Counted from the first letter of the stretch, positions 39,271-50,646 are shown. The stretch: DNA of 64,000 nt from Candidatus Bathyarchaeota archaeon (GCA_963706285.1 CAVPLU010000016.1:32001-96000); one strand, 5' to 3'. Notes: generated from the letters alone by a model not told the origin. Program-made: numbers and translations.

Positions 39271-40047
39271 ATGGCTAGGGGAAGACGATTCACCGCCTTG
39301 TTGACGTTCGACATCGACGCCGACAGCTCGGTCCGAGGCCCTTACAGTGGACGCCCACACGAACCCGTGGCGCGTTCCAAAGGGCAGTTCGGTCCAATGG
39401 TGGGACTTCCCAGAATCCTAGATCTACTTGACAAGTATTCGATCAAGTCCACATTTTTCGTGCCTGGCTGGACCGCTGAAAACTATGCCGAAAACGTGAG
39501 GGAAGTCATCAAACGCGGGCATGAGGTGGGAGTTCACGGTTACAGACACGAGAACCTAGCCCAACTCAATTCTCCGGAAAGTGAGGTTAAGATCTTCAGA
39601 AGATCAGTCGATTGCTTGCAGTCATTGACAGGTCAGCCGCCGCTCGGTTTCAGAGCGCCAGATTGGGAATTTAGCCCATACACGATGGAGAATTTGGCGA
39701 GATTCAGTTTCAAGTATGATAGCAGTCTCATGGGCAGTGAGGAACCCTACGTGATGCCGTCGAATGGGATAGTGGAACTGCCTGTTGCGTGGTCTTGGGA
39801 CGACTGGGGACCATTTGAAGTGCATCGAAGATCTCCCAGCGACGTCTTCAACGGTTGGATGCAAGAGTTCACCGCGCTCTACAAAGCCAAGATGCCATAC
39901 TTCAATCTCACAATGCACCCACAAACAATCGGAAGAATATCGAGAATTGTGATGCTCGAGAATTTCATAAAGGCAATGAGGAAAAGTCCGGGCGTTCGGT
40001 TCTCTCGATGCATAGACCTAGCCAAGGAAATTATCATCAAGACTTGA
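39271..40047 (+). CDS. Polysaccharide deacetylase family protein (PuuE-like)
   Basis: TFDID, TFFVPG, HEVGVHGYRH, GFRAP, YDSS, MHP. Confidence 0.85.
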   Translation: MARGRRFTALLTFDIDADSSVRGPYSGRPHEPVARSKGQFGPMVGLPRILDLLDKYSIKSTFFVPGWTAENYAENVREVIKRGHEVGVHGYRHENLAQLNSPESEVKIFRRSVDCLQSLTGQPPLGFRAPDWEFSPYTMENLARFSFKYDSSLMGSEEPYVMPSNGIVELPVAWSWDDWGPFEVHRRSPSDVFNGWMQEFTALYKAKMPYFNLTMHPQTIGRISRIVMLENFIKAMRKSPGVRFSRCIDLAKEIIIKT

Positions 40048-40126
40048 CATCATACACACGAAGAGTATGAACGTGAATCTCTGTCAGCGAGTTGCCGATT
40101 CCCTCTAGCAGGTCCGCATTCGGGTC

Positions 40127-40528
40127 CTATGTCTGAAGTTGAATCTGGTTGTCTACGCTCCAGTGTTCGCCCACCCATATTCCGAAAACCTGAACATTGA
40201 GTCCCCAAGAGGTTATGGTTCTGATTGCGGAATGTATCTGTGCGAGGTGGATCTGCATATCTACCGGATTACCTGCGCAGTCATGATGTCCAACTACTAC
40301 AATGAACCTCGAGTTGTGCTTCTCAATAGAGATGTTCACCTTTTCCCTTATGCGTTGAATCGTCTGCAGATCCTTGTTTTCTGCCAATATTGCGTCTACA
40401 CCGGGTTCTGTGACCATATCCACATAGTCCACGCCGCAGTGTTTCTTCACCCATTCGATTACAGGAATCTGCGTTCTTCCGTCCATACAATTGATTGCTG
40501 TGGCAAACTTTGCGTTTCCGGATGGCAA
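40127..40528 (-). CDS. Putative beta-type carbonic anhydrase-like protein
   Basis: CMDGR and HHDCAGN zinc-ligand motifs. Confidence 0.75.
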   Translation of the reverse strand: MPSGNAKFATAINCMDGRTQIPVIEWVKKHCGVDYVDMVTEPGVDAILAENKDLQTIQRIREKVNISIEKHNSRFIVVVGHHDCAGNPVDMQIHLAQIHSAIRTITSWGLNVQVFGIWVGEHWSVDNQIQLQT

Positions 40529-40639
40529 TACGCCAATCCTCCTGCGACCAGATCTGTATACTTAACCTCAGTATTGTTTTATGTTGTTGGAACGGAGTGC
40601 TTTGTTCCCGAAAAGCAATGCCGTCTAAGAAAATCTGGA

Positions 40640-41896
40640 TTATTGAGCGAGATCTTGTTTCGGCATTTCCTTTAGGTCAATCACGTGTCCAGACATTATC
40701 CAGAGAACTGCTGCTCCCTGCAGGACTCCGCCAATGACTATGGTACCGATGAGGCCAACGGTAGAACCTAGTGCGCCGCCTATTATCGCGCCGATGGGTA
40801 GGGTTCCCCAATTTATCGTTCGTACGGTCGCGTTCATGCGACCCTGCAACCGATCAGGAACAATCGTTTGCCTTAGACTCACTTGGTTGATATTGTAGAT
40901 CGGCAGCATCACATCTGCGACAAGGCCAATCGCAGCAAGAATCAGGAACGCATATCCGTATGTCGCAAGCGGCGCAGCCATGTTTATGATCGTAACACCG
41001 ACCGAAATCGCAATTGTCCGACCTAGTCCCAGTCGTTTGGTGATATTTGGCGTAGCGATAGTTCCTATGAGGAATCCTACTGCACCGATTGTGCCGAGCA
41101 AACCAATGAGTGCGGGAGAGAACCCCAGAGTGTTAAGCAGGAAAATTACGAAGACTGCGCCGAATATGGCAGAACCGAGATTTGCTGTCGCAGTGCACGC
41201 CGTAATCCTCCAGAGAATCGGGTTATCAAAGACAACATGCATGCCCTCCTTCATCTCAGCGAAGAAATCCGGATGTCCGGTCGGAGAATTGGTGTCCGGT
41301 TTTGTTTCTCGCTTTCTGATAGAGACAAGTGATAATGCAGATACAAAGTAGCCAATCGCATCGACGGCAATAGTGACGGCTCCTCCGACAAGCTCGTAGA
41401 CAAATCCGGCTGCGGCTGGTCCCAGTACTTGAGCACCTGAAGCGCTCGTCTGGAGTTTGGAATTCCCTTCTATGAGGTCATCTCGTTCTATCAGAGCCGG
41501 CAAGTATGACTGGTAGGATATTTCAAAGAAAACAGTGAATATGCCATTGATAGCCGCCACCGCATAGAGCTGATAGAGCGTCAACGCGGAAAAGAAGTAT
41601 GCTAATGGGATTGATGCTAGACTTGCCATGCGGCCGAAATTGCAGATGATCATGATCGGGCGCTTCCTGAGCCGGTCAGCCCAAACCCCAACGAATAGTC
41701 CCAGGATGGGGAAGGAAATCGTTTGAAGGGCCATCAGTAAGCCGATCTCAAAAGCGCCAGCATGCAGAGTGAGAACGGCAAGGATCGGTAAAGCGAGATT
41801 AGTGAACTGATTGCCGATCTGGCTGACTGTGTCACTGAACCAGAGTCTATTGAAATCACGGTGCGACCAAAGTCGCCCGCTGAGTAAACGCCTCAA
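40640..41896 (-). CDS. MFS transporter
   Basis: 12 TM; GVWADRLRK; VPDRLQGR. Confidence 0.9.
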   Translation of the reverse strand: MRRLLSGRLWSHRDFNRLWFSDTVSQIGNQFTNLALPILAVLTLHAGAFEIGLLMALQTISFPILGLFVGVWADRLRKRPIMIICNFGRMASLASIPLAYFFSALTLYQLYAVAAINGIFTVFFEISYQSYLPALIERDDLIEGNSKLQTSASGAQVLGPAAAGFVYELVGGAVTIAVDAIGYFVSALSLVSIRKRETKPDTNSPTGHPDFFAEMKEGMHVVFDNPILWRITACTATANLGSAIFGAVFVIFLLNTLGFSPALIGLLGTIGAVGFLIGTIATPNITKRLGLGRTIAISVGVTIINMAAPLATYGYAFLILAAIGLVADVMLPIYNINQVSLRQTIVPDRLQGRMNATVRTINWGTLPIGAIIGGALGSTVGLIGTIVIGGVLQGAAVLWIMSGHVIDLKEMPKQDLAQ

Positions 41897-41994
41897 TCAG
41901 TCTGCCCTACCTGAAGCACTGTGCGCGTATGACCATGAGGAAGTGGGCTTCGTTCGCGGAAGAGCGCTCCAACTAGTCGCGAGCCGCTGGGTCT

Positions 41995-42606
41995 TCATTC
42001 CGCTTTTGCTTGTGCTGGTTCGGCCAGTTTTGGTTTCAGAAGCTCTCTTGCTTGTTTCTGGAGTGTCTGCAACTCCTCGAACTGTTTATCGCTCATGCAG
42101 ATGTTGCATGAAATTTCAATTGCGTCTTGCTTGGTAAAGGAATCTAGATCTTCCAGTTGCGAAATCTTCTCTGCTAGATCTGGAATACAGCATTGGTGGA
42201 CGGAGTTCATTCTGGCTGATAGTTTAGCATATTTCGATATCGTTTCCTCGTCTATGGGAATCGTCAAGCCGATTTTGGTTAGGGCTGTGAGAGCCTCTTT
42301 TGTTCGGCCTTCCTGATACTTCTGATCGCTAGTTTCGCCGTACGTGAATTCGAAGATTTCCGCCGCTGCTTGATAGTAAGTCTCGATGAAGTGGTCGATC
42401 CTCTCTTCCTTTGCAACTTCTATGAGCCCTACTTCGAGCATTTTTCGAACGTGGTGGTAGATTGCCTGCGGGGTCATCTCAAGTTCGTCAGCGATTTGAC
42501 TGACGGATAGTTCTCGTGCTCTGAGGAGATGGATAATCCGGCGTCTTGTTCGGTCTGCTGCAAGCTCGAACGCTTTGGGGTCTTTGAAGACCTTGAGAGT
42601 CCTCAT
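41995..42606 (-). CDS. ArsR-type winged-helix regulator
   Basis: D.TRRRII.LL..ELSVSQIA..L.MTPQAIYHH. Confidence 0.85.
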   Translation of the reverse strand: MRTLKVFKDPKAFELAADRTRRRIIHLLRARELSVSQIADELEMTPQAIYHHVRKMLEVGLIEVAKEERIDHFIETYYQAAAEIFEFTYGETSDQKYQEGRTKEALTALTKIGLTIPIDEETISKYAKLSARMNSVHQCCIPDLAEKISQLEDLDSFTKQDAIEISCNICMSDKQFEELQTLQKQARELLKPKLAEPAQAKAE

Positions 42607-43315
42607 GATTGTGTCATCAGTGTAATGCGCCCTTCATGCTTAATATAGCCATTATGCTAATTGAAAGATAGATTTTAATAAGACAACGCTAACCTATAGT
42701 TGTGTGATGCAAATATGCATTTGAATAAGCCAAGGTTGGAATTGACGAGGTCACGACCAATCTCGGAACCCACCTGCGGCGACCTGCAGACTTCACAAGG
42801 GCGACACCCTCACTTCAGTCATCTCATCCGATTAGGGGACATGGGAGAACGGAGTTCACAGGTCTCGGGGGCGTGTGCTCACGCGGAGATAAGACATGCC
42901 CAAAAAGACGCTCAGCATACCAAAGAGACCGCGCTCAGTAGTGCGATGCAAATCAGACAGCTCGCCAGATAGACAAAGCGCCTCAGCAAGCCGGAGTAGT
43001 CCCATCGGATATTGTGGCCTCAACCGGCATCTTTGTGCAATGCGCCAGGTGCTAGGTAATGGGTCGTCCGACAGGACCCGGCGCGTGGGATCGGTGACTG
43101 CAATCCACGCGAATGGTACCATAGTTCTCTGATGACCAAATACTGTTAGATCTTACAGCGCCGTCAGAACCTAGGCGACAAAGAAATTGTCCTTTTTGTA
43201 ACATCGTGGTTGTTTGCTTGCCCCCGTGTGGCCAAGAGCATGCGCTTTTACCGATCTTTGTAAGGGGGGAAACTCACATTACAGGCAGCTGCGAACTGGC
43301 CTCGATGAGAAATCG

Positions 43316-44395
43316 ATGCCTAGAGAGGTTGCAGGAAAATTCGAAGTAAGCCTGCTTAGGATCCTGGACGAGCAAGGGAATTGCGATGAGGCACTGAAAC
43401 CAGCGCTTACACAGGATCAGGTCAAGCAGCTCTACGAACTAATGATCCTGACGAGGGCTTTCGACGATCTAGCATTGAAGCTGCAACGCGAGGGAAGAAT
43501 CGGAACCTATCCCTCGAGCAGAGGACAAGAGGCGACACAGGTTGCCAGCGCGTACGCGCTTGCTGAGTCTGACTGGCTCTTCCCAGCGTTCAGAGAGGCC
43601 GGCGCGTATATCACACGAGGCTGGCCGCTGGAGATGCAGTATCAGTATTGGGCGGGAGACGAAAGAGGGTGCAGGCTATCTGAGAATAGTCACATCTTCA
43701 CAATAGCGATTCCCGTCGGAACTCAGATTCCTCACGCTGTAGGCTTCGCTTGGGCTGCAAAACTGAAGGGTGACAAAATCGCAGTCCTAGTGTATCTTGG
43801 CGACGGCGCTACCTCAGAGGGCGACGTTCACGAAGGTATGAATTTTGCCGGAGTATTCAAGGTCCCCGTTGTCATAGTATGTCAGAACAACCAATGGGCA
43901 ATCTCGGTTCCGAGAAGCAAACAAACCGCTGCCGAGACATTAGCTCAACGAGCATTCAGTTACGGATTTGAAGGCCTCCAAGTCGACGGAAACGACATCT
44001 TCGCCGTCTACAAGGCCACTAAGGAAGCACTCGACAAGGCCCGATCCGGAAACGGACCAACTTTCATCGAATGTATGACCTATAGAATGGGCGACCACAC
44101 CACTTCAGACGACGCCCAAAGATACAGGACAAATCAGGAGATGGAAGAATGGGCTAGGCGCGACCCGATCGATAGACTGCGCAAATACTTGACGAAGAAC
44201 GGCCTATGGAGCGATGATTACGAAAACAAGGTACAAGCGGAAGTCGCAGAGAAGGTCCGTAAAGCAGTTGACAAATTCGAGTCGGTAACGGCTCCGGAAA
44301 TTAAGGACCTATTCGCGTGGACATATGCGGAATTGCCACCCAATTTGAAGAAGCAGTACGAGGATCTCGCCGGCTCATCAAGGGGAGAGAACTGA
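43316..44395 (+). CDS. pdhA: 2-oxoacid dehydrogenase E1 alpha
   Basis: GDGATSEGD..NNQWAIS TPP motif; YRMGDHTTSDD. Confidence 0.92.
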   Translation: MPREVAGKFEVSLLRILDEQGNCDEALKPALTQDQVKQLYELMILTRAFDDLALKLQREGRIGTYPSSRGQEATQVASAYALAESDWLFPAFREAGAYITRGWPLEMQYQYWAGDERGCRLSENSHIFTIAIPVGTQIPHAVGFAWAAKLKGDKIAVLVYLGDGATSEGDVHEGMNFAGVFKVPVVIVCQNNQWAISVPRSKQTAAETLAQRAFSYGFEGLQVDGNDIFAVYKATKEALDKARSGNGPTFIECMTYRMGDHTTSDDAQRYRTNQEMEEWARRDPIDRLRKYLTKNGLWSDDYENKVQAEVAEKVRKAVDKFESVTAPEIKDLFAWTYAELPPNLKKQYEDLAGSSRGEN

Positions 44396-44396
44396 C

Positions 44397-45371
44397 TTGG
44401 TTCAGCTCAATCTGGTTGGAGCCGTAAGGCTAGCTCTGAAACAAGAGATGGAGAGAGACCCGGACGTAGTTCTGCTCGGCGAAGATATCGGAATGGACGG
44501 TGGAGTATTTCGAGCCACAGATGGTCTGATCAAAGAATTTGGTGAGAACCGAGTTATCGACACGCCACTCTCCGAATCCGGAATAGTTGGTGTCGCCATA
44601 GGCTTGGCGGTATACGGTCTCAAACCCGTCGCAGAGATACAGTTCGAAGGTTTCCTTTACCCTGCGCTGGATCAAATCATCTCTCATGCTGGCAGGATTC
44701 GGAATCGATCGAGAGGGAGATTCCACGTACCGTTAGTGATCAGGTTCCCCTACGGCGGGGGAATCCGTGCACCCGAACATCATTCCGACAGTCCCGAGGC
44801 GTTGCTCGTCCACACTCCCGGGGTCAAGGTTGTGATGCCATCCACTCCATATGATGCAAAGGGGTTGCTGACGTCAGCGATTAGAGATCCTGACCCGGTA
44901 TTGTTCATGGAGCCCAAGAGAATCTACCGCGCGATCGTCGAGGATGTCCCTGAAGACAATTATGTTGTTCCATTGAGCGAAGCCAAGGTTGTCAGAGAAG
45001 GGACAGATGTCACACTCGTCTCTTGGGGGGCCATGATGAGACTCTCCAGAGAAGCTGCTGAAAAAGTGAAGGACACTGTAAGTGTTGAAGTGATCGACCT
45101 TCGGACTCTCTCGCCGATGGACACAGCAACGATAACCAAATCGGTAGAGAAGACTGGAAAAGCTATAGTTGTGCACGAAGCGCCTAAGACCGCTGGACTC
45201 GGAGCGGAAATTGCTGCGACCATCAACGAGACTGCTTTCCTTAGCCTCGAAGCGCCGATTGAAAGGGTCACAGGTTTCGACGTTCCATTCCCTCAGCATA
45301 AACTAGAGAACTATTATCTTCCAGACACGGAGAGGATTATCAAAGCAATCGAGAAAGTGGCCGCTTTCTAG
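44397..45371 (+). CDS. pdhB: 2-oxoacid dehydrogenase E1 beta
   Basis: GED, DTPLSE, EIQF, EHHS, IDLRTL. Confidence 0.92.
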   Translation: MVQLNLVGAVRLALKQEMERDPDVVLLGEDIGMDGGVFRATDGLIKEFGENRVIDTPLSESGIVGVAIGLAVYGLKPVAEIQFEGFLYPALDQIISHAGRIRNRSRGRFHVPLVIRFPYGGGIRAPEHHSDSPEALLVHTPGVKVVMPSTPYDAKGLLTSAIRDPDPVLFMEPKRIYRAIVEDVPEDNYVVPLSEAKVVREGTDVTLVSWGAMMRLSREAAEKVKDTVSVEVIDLRTLSPMDTATITKSVEKTGKAIVVHEAPKTAGLGAEIAATINETAFLSLEAPIERVTGFDVPFPQHKLENYYLPDTERIIKAIEKVAAF

Positions 45372-45381
45372 ATGATCTCAC

Positions 45382-46590
45382 ATGCCTACTGACTTCAAGT
45401 TTCCCGACATCGGCGAAGGCATTACCGAGGGAGAAATCGTAAAGTGGGAAGTCAAAGAAGGCGACCGAGTACAAGAACACCAAACATTAGCTAGGATCGA
45501 AACAGACAAGGCAATAGCCGAAATACCATCTCCCAGATCCGGACTCATTCTGAAGATCTATCACAAAGAAGGCGACACGGTCAAAGTCGGAGAAACTCTC
45601 GTAACCATCGGAGAAGAAAGCGAAATCACCGCTAAGCCGCCGCAATCCCTCAGTCGCCCTACGGCTTCAGTCGTCGGAGTACTGGAAGAAGCGCACACCG
45701 AACCTCCCGGCCCGTTGAGAATAGCCGCCACCCCTGTGACTAGAAGATTGGCAAGAGAACTCGGCGTCGACCTATCGCAGGTTACAGGCACAGGCCTCCA
45801 AAACAGGATTACTGAGGATGATGTGCGTAAGTTCGCCGAGTCAAAGAAGGCGAGGGTTGAGGCAGTCGCGACGCCTACGCAAAAGCAGGATACCTACGGA
45901 TGCTACGAAACCATCCCGATGAAGGGCATACGAAAAAGCGCAGCCAAAAGATTGACGGAATCAGCTAGAACAGCGGTTCATGTTACTCACATGGATGACG
46001 CCGACGTAACTGAACTCGTCGCGTTTAGAGGAAAGGAGAACAAGATCGCAGAAAAGAGGGGCATCCACCTCACTTACATGCCGTTTGTAGTTAAGGCCGC
46101 TGTGGCGGCGCTGAAGCAGTACCCATACCTGAACTCTTCAATAGACGACAAACATGAAGAGATCATCCTCAAGAAGTACTACAACATTGGAGTAGCAGTC
46201 GATACGCCGGACGGTCTAATTGTTCCTGTTGTCAAGAGTGCGGATGAGAAGGATATTTTCACAATTGCTCAGGAAATTCAGACTCTGACTGAGAAGGCGC
46301 AGTCACGAGACATCAGTCTATCAGACCTTAGAGGAGGAACCTTCACAATCACTAACATCGGCTTCATAGGAGGAACGCATGCAACACCCATAATCAACTA
46401 TCCAGAAACTGCGATCCTAGCAACAGGACGCATATGCGATACACCAGTTGTTCGAGACGGGCAGGTCGTGATTCGAAGCATAATGCCGCTATCGCTATCC
46501 TTCGATCACAGAGTAATTGACGGAGCCCTCGCAGCACGTTTCGTCAATATGTTCATCAAATTTCTGCAAGATCCCAGTCTCCTGATGTGA
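45382..46590 (+). CDS. pdhC: 2-oxoacid dehydrogenase E2 acyltransferase
   Basis: Lipoyl ETDKA, E3-binding domain, FDHRVIDG. Confidence 0.92.
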   Translation: MPTDFKFPDIGEGITEGEIVKWEVKEGDRVQEHQTLARIETDKAIAEIPSPRSGLILKIYHKEGDTVKVGETLVTIGEESEITAKPPQSLSRPTASVVGVLEEAHTEPPGPLRIAATPVTRRLARELGVDLSQVTGTGLQNRITEDDVRKFAESKKARVEAVATPTQKQDTYGCYETIPMKGIRKSAAKRLTESARTAVHVTHMDDADVTELVAFRGKENKIAEKRGIHLTYMPFVVKAAVAALKQYPYLNSSIDDKHEEIILKKYYNIGVAVDTPDGLIVPVVKSADEKDIFTIAQEIQTLTEKAQSRDISLSDLRGGTFTITNIGFIGGTHATPIINYPETAILATGRICDTPVVRDGQVVIRSIMPLSLSFDHRVIDGALAARFVNMFIKFLQDPSLLM

Positions 46591-47230
46591 CACGGAGAAA
46601 CTGAACAAAAACACGCTCTTCTCATGAGTGATCCCGGGAACACCCGCAGAGAACACAACACCCCAGAAGAAATCACGCCAGAAATAGGGGGAATTCCCGT
46701 CGGAACACGTCACTTTCAATTCTCTTCAATTGTTCACCATCTGTCAGTCACAGGGAGTCCGGCAACTACAACTGTCGCAATCACTGCCTGTCCGTATGTG
46801 ATAAGCGACTCCGGAACCTCGCTGGCTTTGCAGGTAACAGGATAGTCGTGCACAGAAGCAGCCAGCGCCGTGACCCCCGTACGGTTTCACCTCCGTTCAA
46901 TTACCCGTCATAATGTAGGCGAAGGCGAGGCTTACGTTTTTGACTTTACAATCGTAATGTAGGTAACGCCCTCAGGCTTACTGCTGGGCCCTTCAATGTT
47001 GACAGACGTTTCCACATGTACTTCGATAAGCATTCAATCTTTCTTTTCGTCTGGAACCTAAAGTTCAGCATATGTCGGGATCAGCATTAGGACGTCGCTT
47101 TCATCATGTAGCATACGAGAAACGTAGAGCCACGAATTTAGACGAGGTTCGCTGAATCGGTGAAGGCCGAAAGCCGCCAGGGCAAGCTACCGTGGGAAGG
47201 CGTCTCGTGTAGACGATGGCGGGATGAGAT

Positions 47231-47635
47231 CTAGATCCCCAACAGAAAATCGAGCGAGTATATGCCGCCTCCAAGCATAGCCAGAGCTAGCGCGGCTAGC
47301 ATCAAAGTGATGTCCAGCTCGTATCCGCCGAAGTACTTCTTCTTCATCTTTCCTTTCGCAAGCCAAGTTGTTGATAGCATCCACAGGGCTGAGAGCAACG
47401 CGACAATCTGAGTGAATACGCCTAAGAGAAGAGCTAGGCCTCCGAAGAATTCGACCACACCAGCGAAGCCGGCAAAGCCCGAAGAAAAACCCATACTCTT
47501 CAACCATTCCCCAGTGCCTTTCCTTTGTGCTGTCAGCTTTGGGTAGCCATGAATCATGAATAGGGTTCCTATGGCCAAGCGCAAAAGCAGCGATGCCGTA
47601 CTCAAGTGAAGGCCAAAAATCGATCCAATGGTCAT
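47231..47635 (-). CDS. DoxX family membrane protein
   Basis: LLLR...LFMIHGYPK, EFFGG, GGYE, G.YSLD. Confidence 0.88.
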   Translation of the reverse strand: MTIGSIFGLHLSTASLLLRLAIGTLFMIHGYPKLTAQRKGTGEWLKSMGFSSGFAGFAGVVEFFGGLALLLGVFTQIVALLSALWMLSTTWLAKGKMKKKYFGGYELDITLMLAALALAMLGGGIYSLDFLLGI

Positions 47636-47650
47636 TCAGTCACCTCCGTC

Positions 47651-47742
47651 TCAGTTTCTTTCCAGAAACTCTTTCAGGACAAGTGCTTGGTTGTGCAGTT
47701 CGTCCTTGGCAGAATATAAGAGAGTCAGCGTACCCTTTTTCG
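47651..47742 (-). pseudogene. C-terminal fragment of DUF488 (YeaO-like) protein
   Basis: TLTLLYSAKDELHNQALVLKEFL; no recognisable N-terminal part. Confidence 0.55.
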
Positions 47743-47852
47743 ACGGGCATAACAATCCTGCACGGCGTCTTTGAACGTGCATGTAGGATCTCGTCCGATC
47801 TCCTGAAGAGGAGGAGCATCGTGACTTATCGAAGTGAAAAGAGGACCAACAG

Positions 47853-48481
47853 TTGGACATCATTTTCTTTCTGAGAGGATTGGTCATCGGCCTCTCGATT
47901 GCGGCACCTGTTGGGCCAATTGGAGTGCTCTGTATTCGTCGCACATTGACCGAAGGTCGAAGGGTCGGGCTGCTCACAGGTCTGGGAGCTGCGTCGGCTG
48001 ATGCCATATACGGGTACGTTGCTGGTTTCGGGCTAGTATTCATCTCAAGTGTTCTGGTCAGTCAACAGATCTGGCTTAGGATAATAGGAGGTTTGTTTCT
48101 CTGTTTTCTCGGCCTCAAAACGCTTCTTTCTCGACCTGCTGAAAAAGCCGCGTCCAACTCAGACGATATGGTCATGCAGAAGCTTATGTCTCAACGTTCT
48201 TTCTGACACTAACCAACCCTATGACGATCCTTTCCTTTTTGGCAATATTCGCCGGGTTGGGGTTGAGTGGAGGAAGCTATGTTTCCGCGGGACTGCTAGT
48301 GTTGGGAGTTTTCTCAGGATCGGCTCTCTGGTGGCTCTTACTAAGCGGACTGGTTAGCGCTTTTCGAAGTGGATTCGACGCTCACCGATTGCAGTGGGTG
48401 AATAGGATTTCTGGCATGATCATATTGGCGTTTGGTGTATTCGCTATCCTAAGCCTGACACAATTCGTAGGTTTGAATTGA
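47853..48481 (+). CDS. LysE family translocator; frameshift near 48170
   Basis: IAAPVGPIGVLCIRRTL, ADAIY; second half NPMTILSF..GSALWW in another frame. Confidence 0.85.
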
Positions 48482-48505
48482 CTGATACTATCCTGGATCC
48501 GATCT

Positions 48506-49450
48506 TCAAGAATAGGAACTAACAACCTCGTCCGCGAACAGATCCATGGCTTCGAGCTGCCGTCGTGGTTCGAAATTCACAATGAGATACTCTATTCCTA
48601 CGTTTCTGAATTCTTCGATCTGACGGCGGACGTCTTCTGGAGTTCCGTAGATCACGAACTCCCTTCGCATCTGGTCTGGAAACTGTTTGTAAGTTTCTGC
48701 GATCCTGTTCTCAACTGCCTGTCTATCTTTGTCTATCGCGACAGTTCCAAGTTTCGTCTTTAGAATCGAACCGTAATCCCTGCCCACGACTGTACAGTGA
48801 TCACGAAGAACCGCGAGTTTCTTCTTCACGGTCTCGGGAGAGCCAAAGAGGTTGCAGGCGTCGCCATATTTGGCGACGGTTCTCAAGGTTCTATGTTCTC
48901 CGCTGCCTCCGATCAAAATTGGCGGATGCGGTTTTTGGATGGGTAGAGGATTGCAGTATGCTCCGCGGATTTGATAGAAATGGCCGTTGAAATTGGCGGG
49001 TTGTTCAGTCCACATTTTCCGAATAACTTGAACAGCTTCGTCAAGGCGTTCTAGGCGTTCTTTCGTTGAGGGAAATGGAATCCCGTATGCGTTGGACTCG
49101 TCTTCGTTCCACGCACCCCCTATGCCCATGAATAGTCTGCCTTTGCTTAGGACGTCGAGAGTTGCGCCGATCTTCGCTACAACCGAAGGGTGCCTGTACA
49201 CGTTCCCCGTCACGAGTGTTCCGAGCCTGATCTTGGAAGTGAACCCGGAAAGCCCGGACAGTGTGGTCCAGCTCTCCAGCATAGGTTCGTGTGGATCTCC
49301 CACATGTTCGATTTGATGAAAATGGTCCATAACCCAAAACGAATCGAAGCCTAGACGTTCAGCCTGTGTGACGACTCGACGCAGGGAATCCACAATTTCG
49401 GAGCCTGTCCCATCGTAGGAGAAGTTGGGATGCTGTACACCGAATTTCAT
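48506..49450 (-). CDS. LLM class F420-dependent oxidoreductase
   Basis: FWVMDHFHQI, YRHP, LDVLSKGR, PPILIGGSGE. Confidence 0.9.
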   Translation of the reverse strand: MKFGVQHPNFSYDGTGSEIVDSLRRVVTQAERLGFDSFWVMDHFHQIEHVGDPHEPMLESWTTLSGLSGFTSKIRLGTLVTGNVYRHPSVVAKIGATLDVLSKGRLFMGIGGAWNEDESNAYGIPFPSTKERLERLDEAVQVIRKMWTEQPANFNGHFYQIRGAYCNPLPIQKPHPPILIGGSGEHRTLRTVAKYGDACNLFGSPETVKKKLAVLRDHCTVVGRDYGSILKTKLGTVAIDKDRQAVENRIAETYKQFPDQMRREFVIYGTPEDVRRQIEEFRNVGIEYLIVNFEPRRQLEAMDLFADEVVSSYS

Positions 49451-49596
49451 TAGACAACCTCACACACGAAGTATACTCGGATTCTAATTAGTCAGTTGCT
49501 TTAATGATGAGGATTAGAGAAAACGTAATGACGTGACGCCATGGCAGGCGAAGACAATCATTATTCGAACTTACCGTTGCATAATGAGGCTGGACT

Positions 49597-50121
49597 CTAG
49601 CGAATCTTTCTCAATCCTTTCGGATACCGCAGTGCCAAGTCTGCGTAGACATCCTTGTATTTGCTCCAAACCTGTTTGTCGGAGTCCGATACGTCTCTGA
49701 TTATTTTCGCTGGAACACCAACAGCGACTTTTCCGTCTGGGATTGAAGCTCCGCTTGCGACGACGGCGCCTTCACCTACGATGCTCCAAACTCCTACTGT
49801 TGCGTAGTCGCTTACGATCGCGCCAACGCCTATCACAGCATAGTCTTTGACTGTGCAGTTGTGGAGTATGGCGCCATGCCCGATTTGGACATAATTTCCA
49901 ACTTCGCATTTTTCGTTCATACGTGCATGTAGAATGCAGTTCTCTTGCACGCTTGTCTTGTCGCCAATTATGATAGATCCGTAGTCTCCTCTAATTCTAG
50001 CGCCTGCGCCGATGTAACATTGAGCTCCGATCCTGACATCGCCGATAACCTTCGCATCCTCATCGACGTACGCTGTCGAGGCAATAGAGGGGATCCGTCC
50101 CTCAAACTCATGTATTGTCAA
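49597..50121 (-). CDS. Gamma carbonic anhydrase family protein
   Basis: Hexapeptide repeats, RGD, QEN..LH, GHGAILH, GVPAK. Confidence 0.9.
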   Translation of the reverse strand: MTIHEFEGRIPSIASTAYVDEDAKVIGDVRIGAQCYIGAGARIRGDYGSIIIGDKTSVQENCILHARMNEKCEVGNYVQIGHGAILHNCTVKDYAVIGVGAIVSDYATVGVWSIVGEGAVVASGASIPDGKVAVGVPAKIIRDVSDSDKQVWSKYKDVYADLALRYPKGLRKIR

Positions 50122-50150
50122 ATCATTTTCCGCCTAGTTTGGCCAATTTC

Positions 50151-50499
50151 CTATTTGCGGAGGTAGTCGTCTTTTCCGCTGAGCCAGTCCTCTCTAATCG
50201 GGCTGAAGACATCTAGATCCAGAGTCTCCTCAAGAGCCACCGCGCTATGTTCAACCGATGATGGGATATGAAGAACTTCACCCTCGTTCAGCGTCACTTC
50301 CTTGTCAGGAAGACGGAGCCTTAGAGATCCTTTGAGAATGTAGGTCATCTGTTCGCTTTCGTGGCTGTGCGAGGGAACAATGCATCCCTTCTTGAGGAAG
50401 ACCTGAGCAAGCATCACTTTCTTGCCTGTGATCAATTTGCGCGATAACTTGTCGGTTACCTTCTCCTCCAGGAATCTTGCTCCAGTTGTAGTGGCTCAT
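50151..50499 (-). CDS. Cupin domain protein; frameshift near 50468
   Basis: PSHSHESEQ, IPS.VEH, DVFSPIRED. Confidence 0.85.
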
Positions 50500-50646
50500 T
50501 GAAATCACACAGAACTGGAAAACTGTTTCACTATTTAAGTCGGGTTCCATCGACAATCATTCGATTGGCCGAGTGAAAGAATCAGAATTCTGTGACGGAG
50601 CGCATTTATAGAGAAACGTCTGTGAGAACCCGGTCTGGCTAAGAGT

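Noticed and set aside
42700-43132. Short overlapping ORFs, possible transposase remnant
   Set aside because: No recognisable motif or terminal inverted repeats
46600-47180. Possible decayed gene downstream of pdhC
   Set aside because: Multiple stops and no identifiable family
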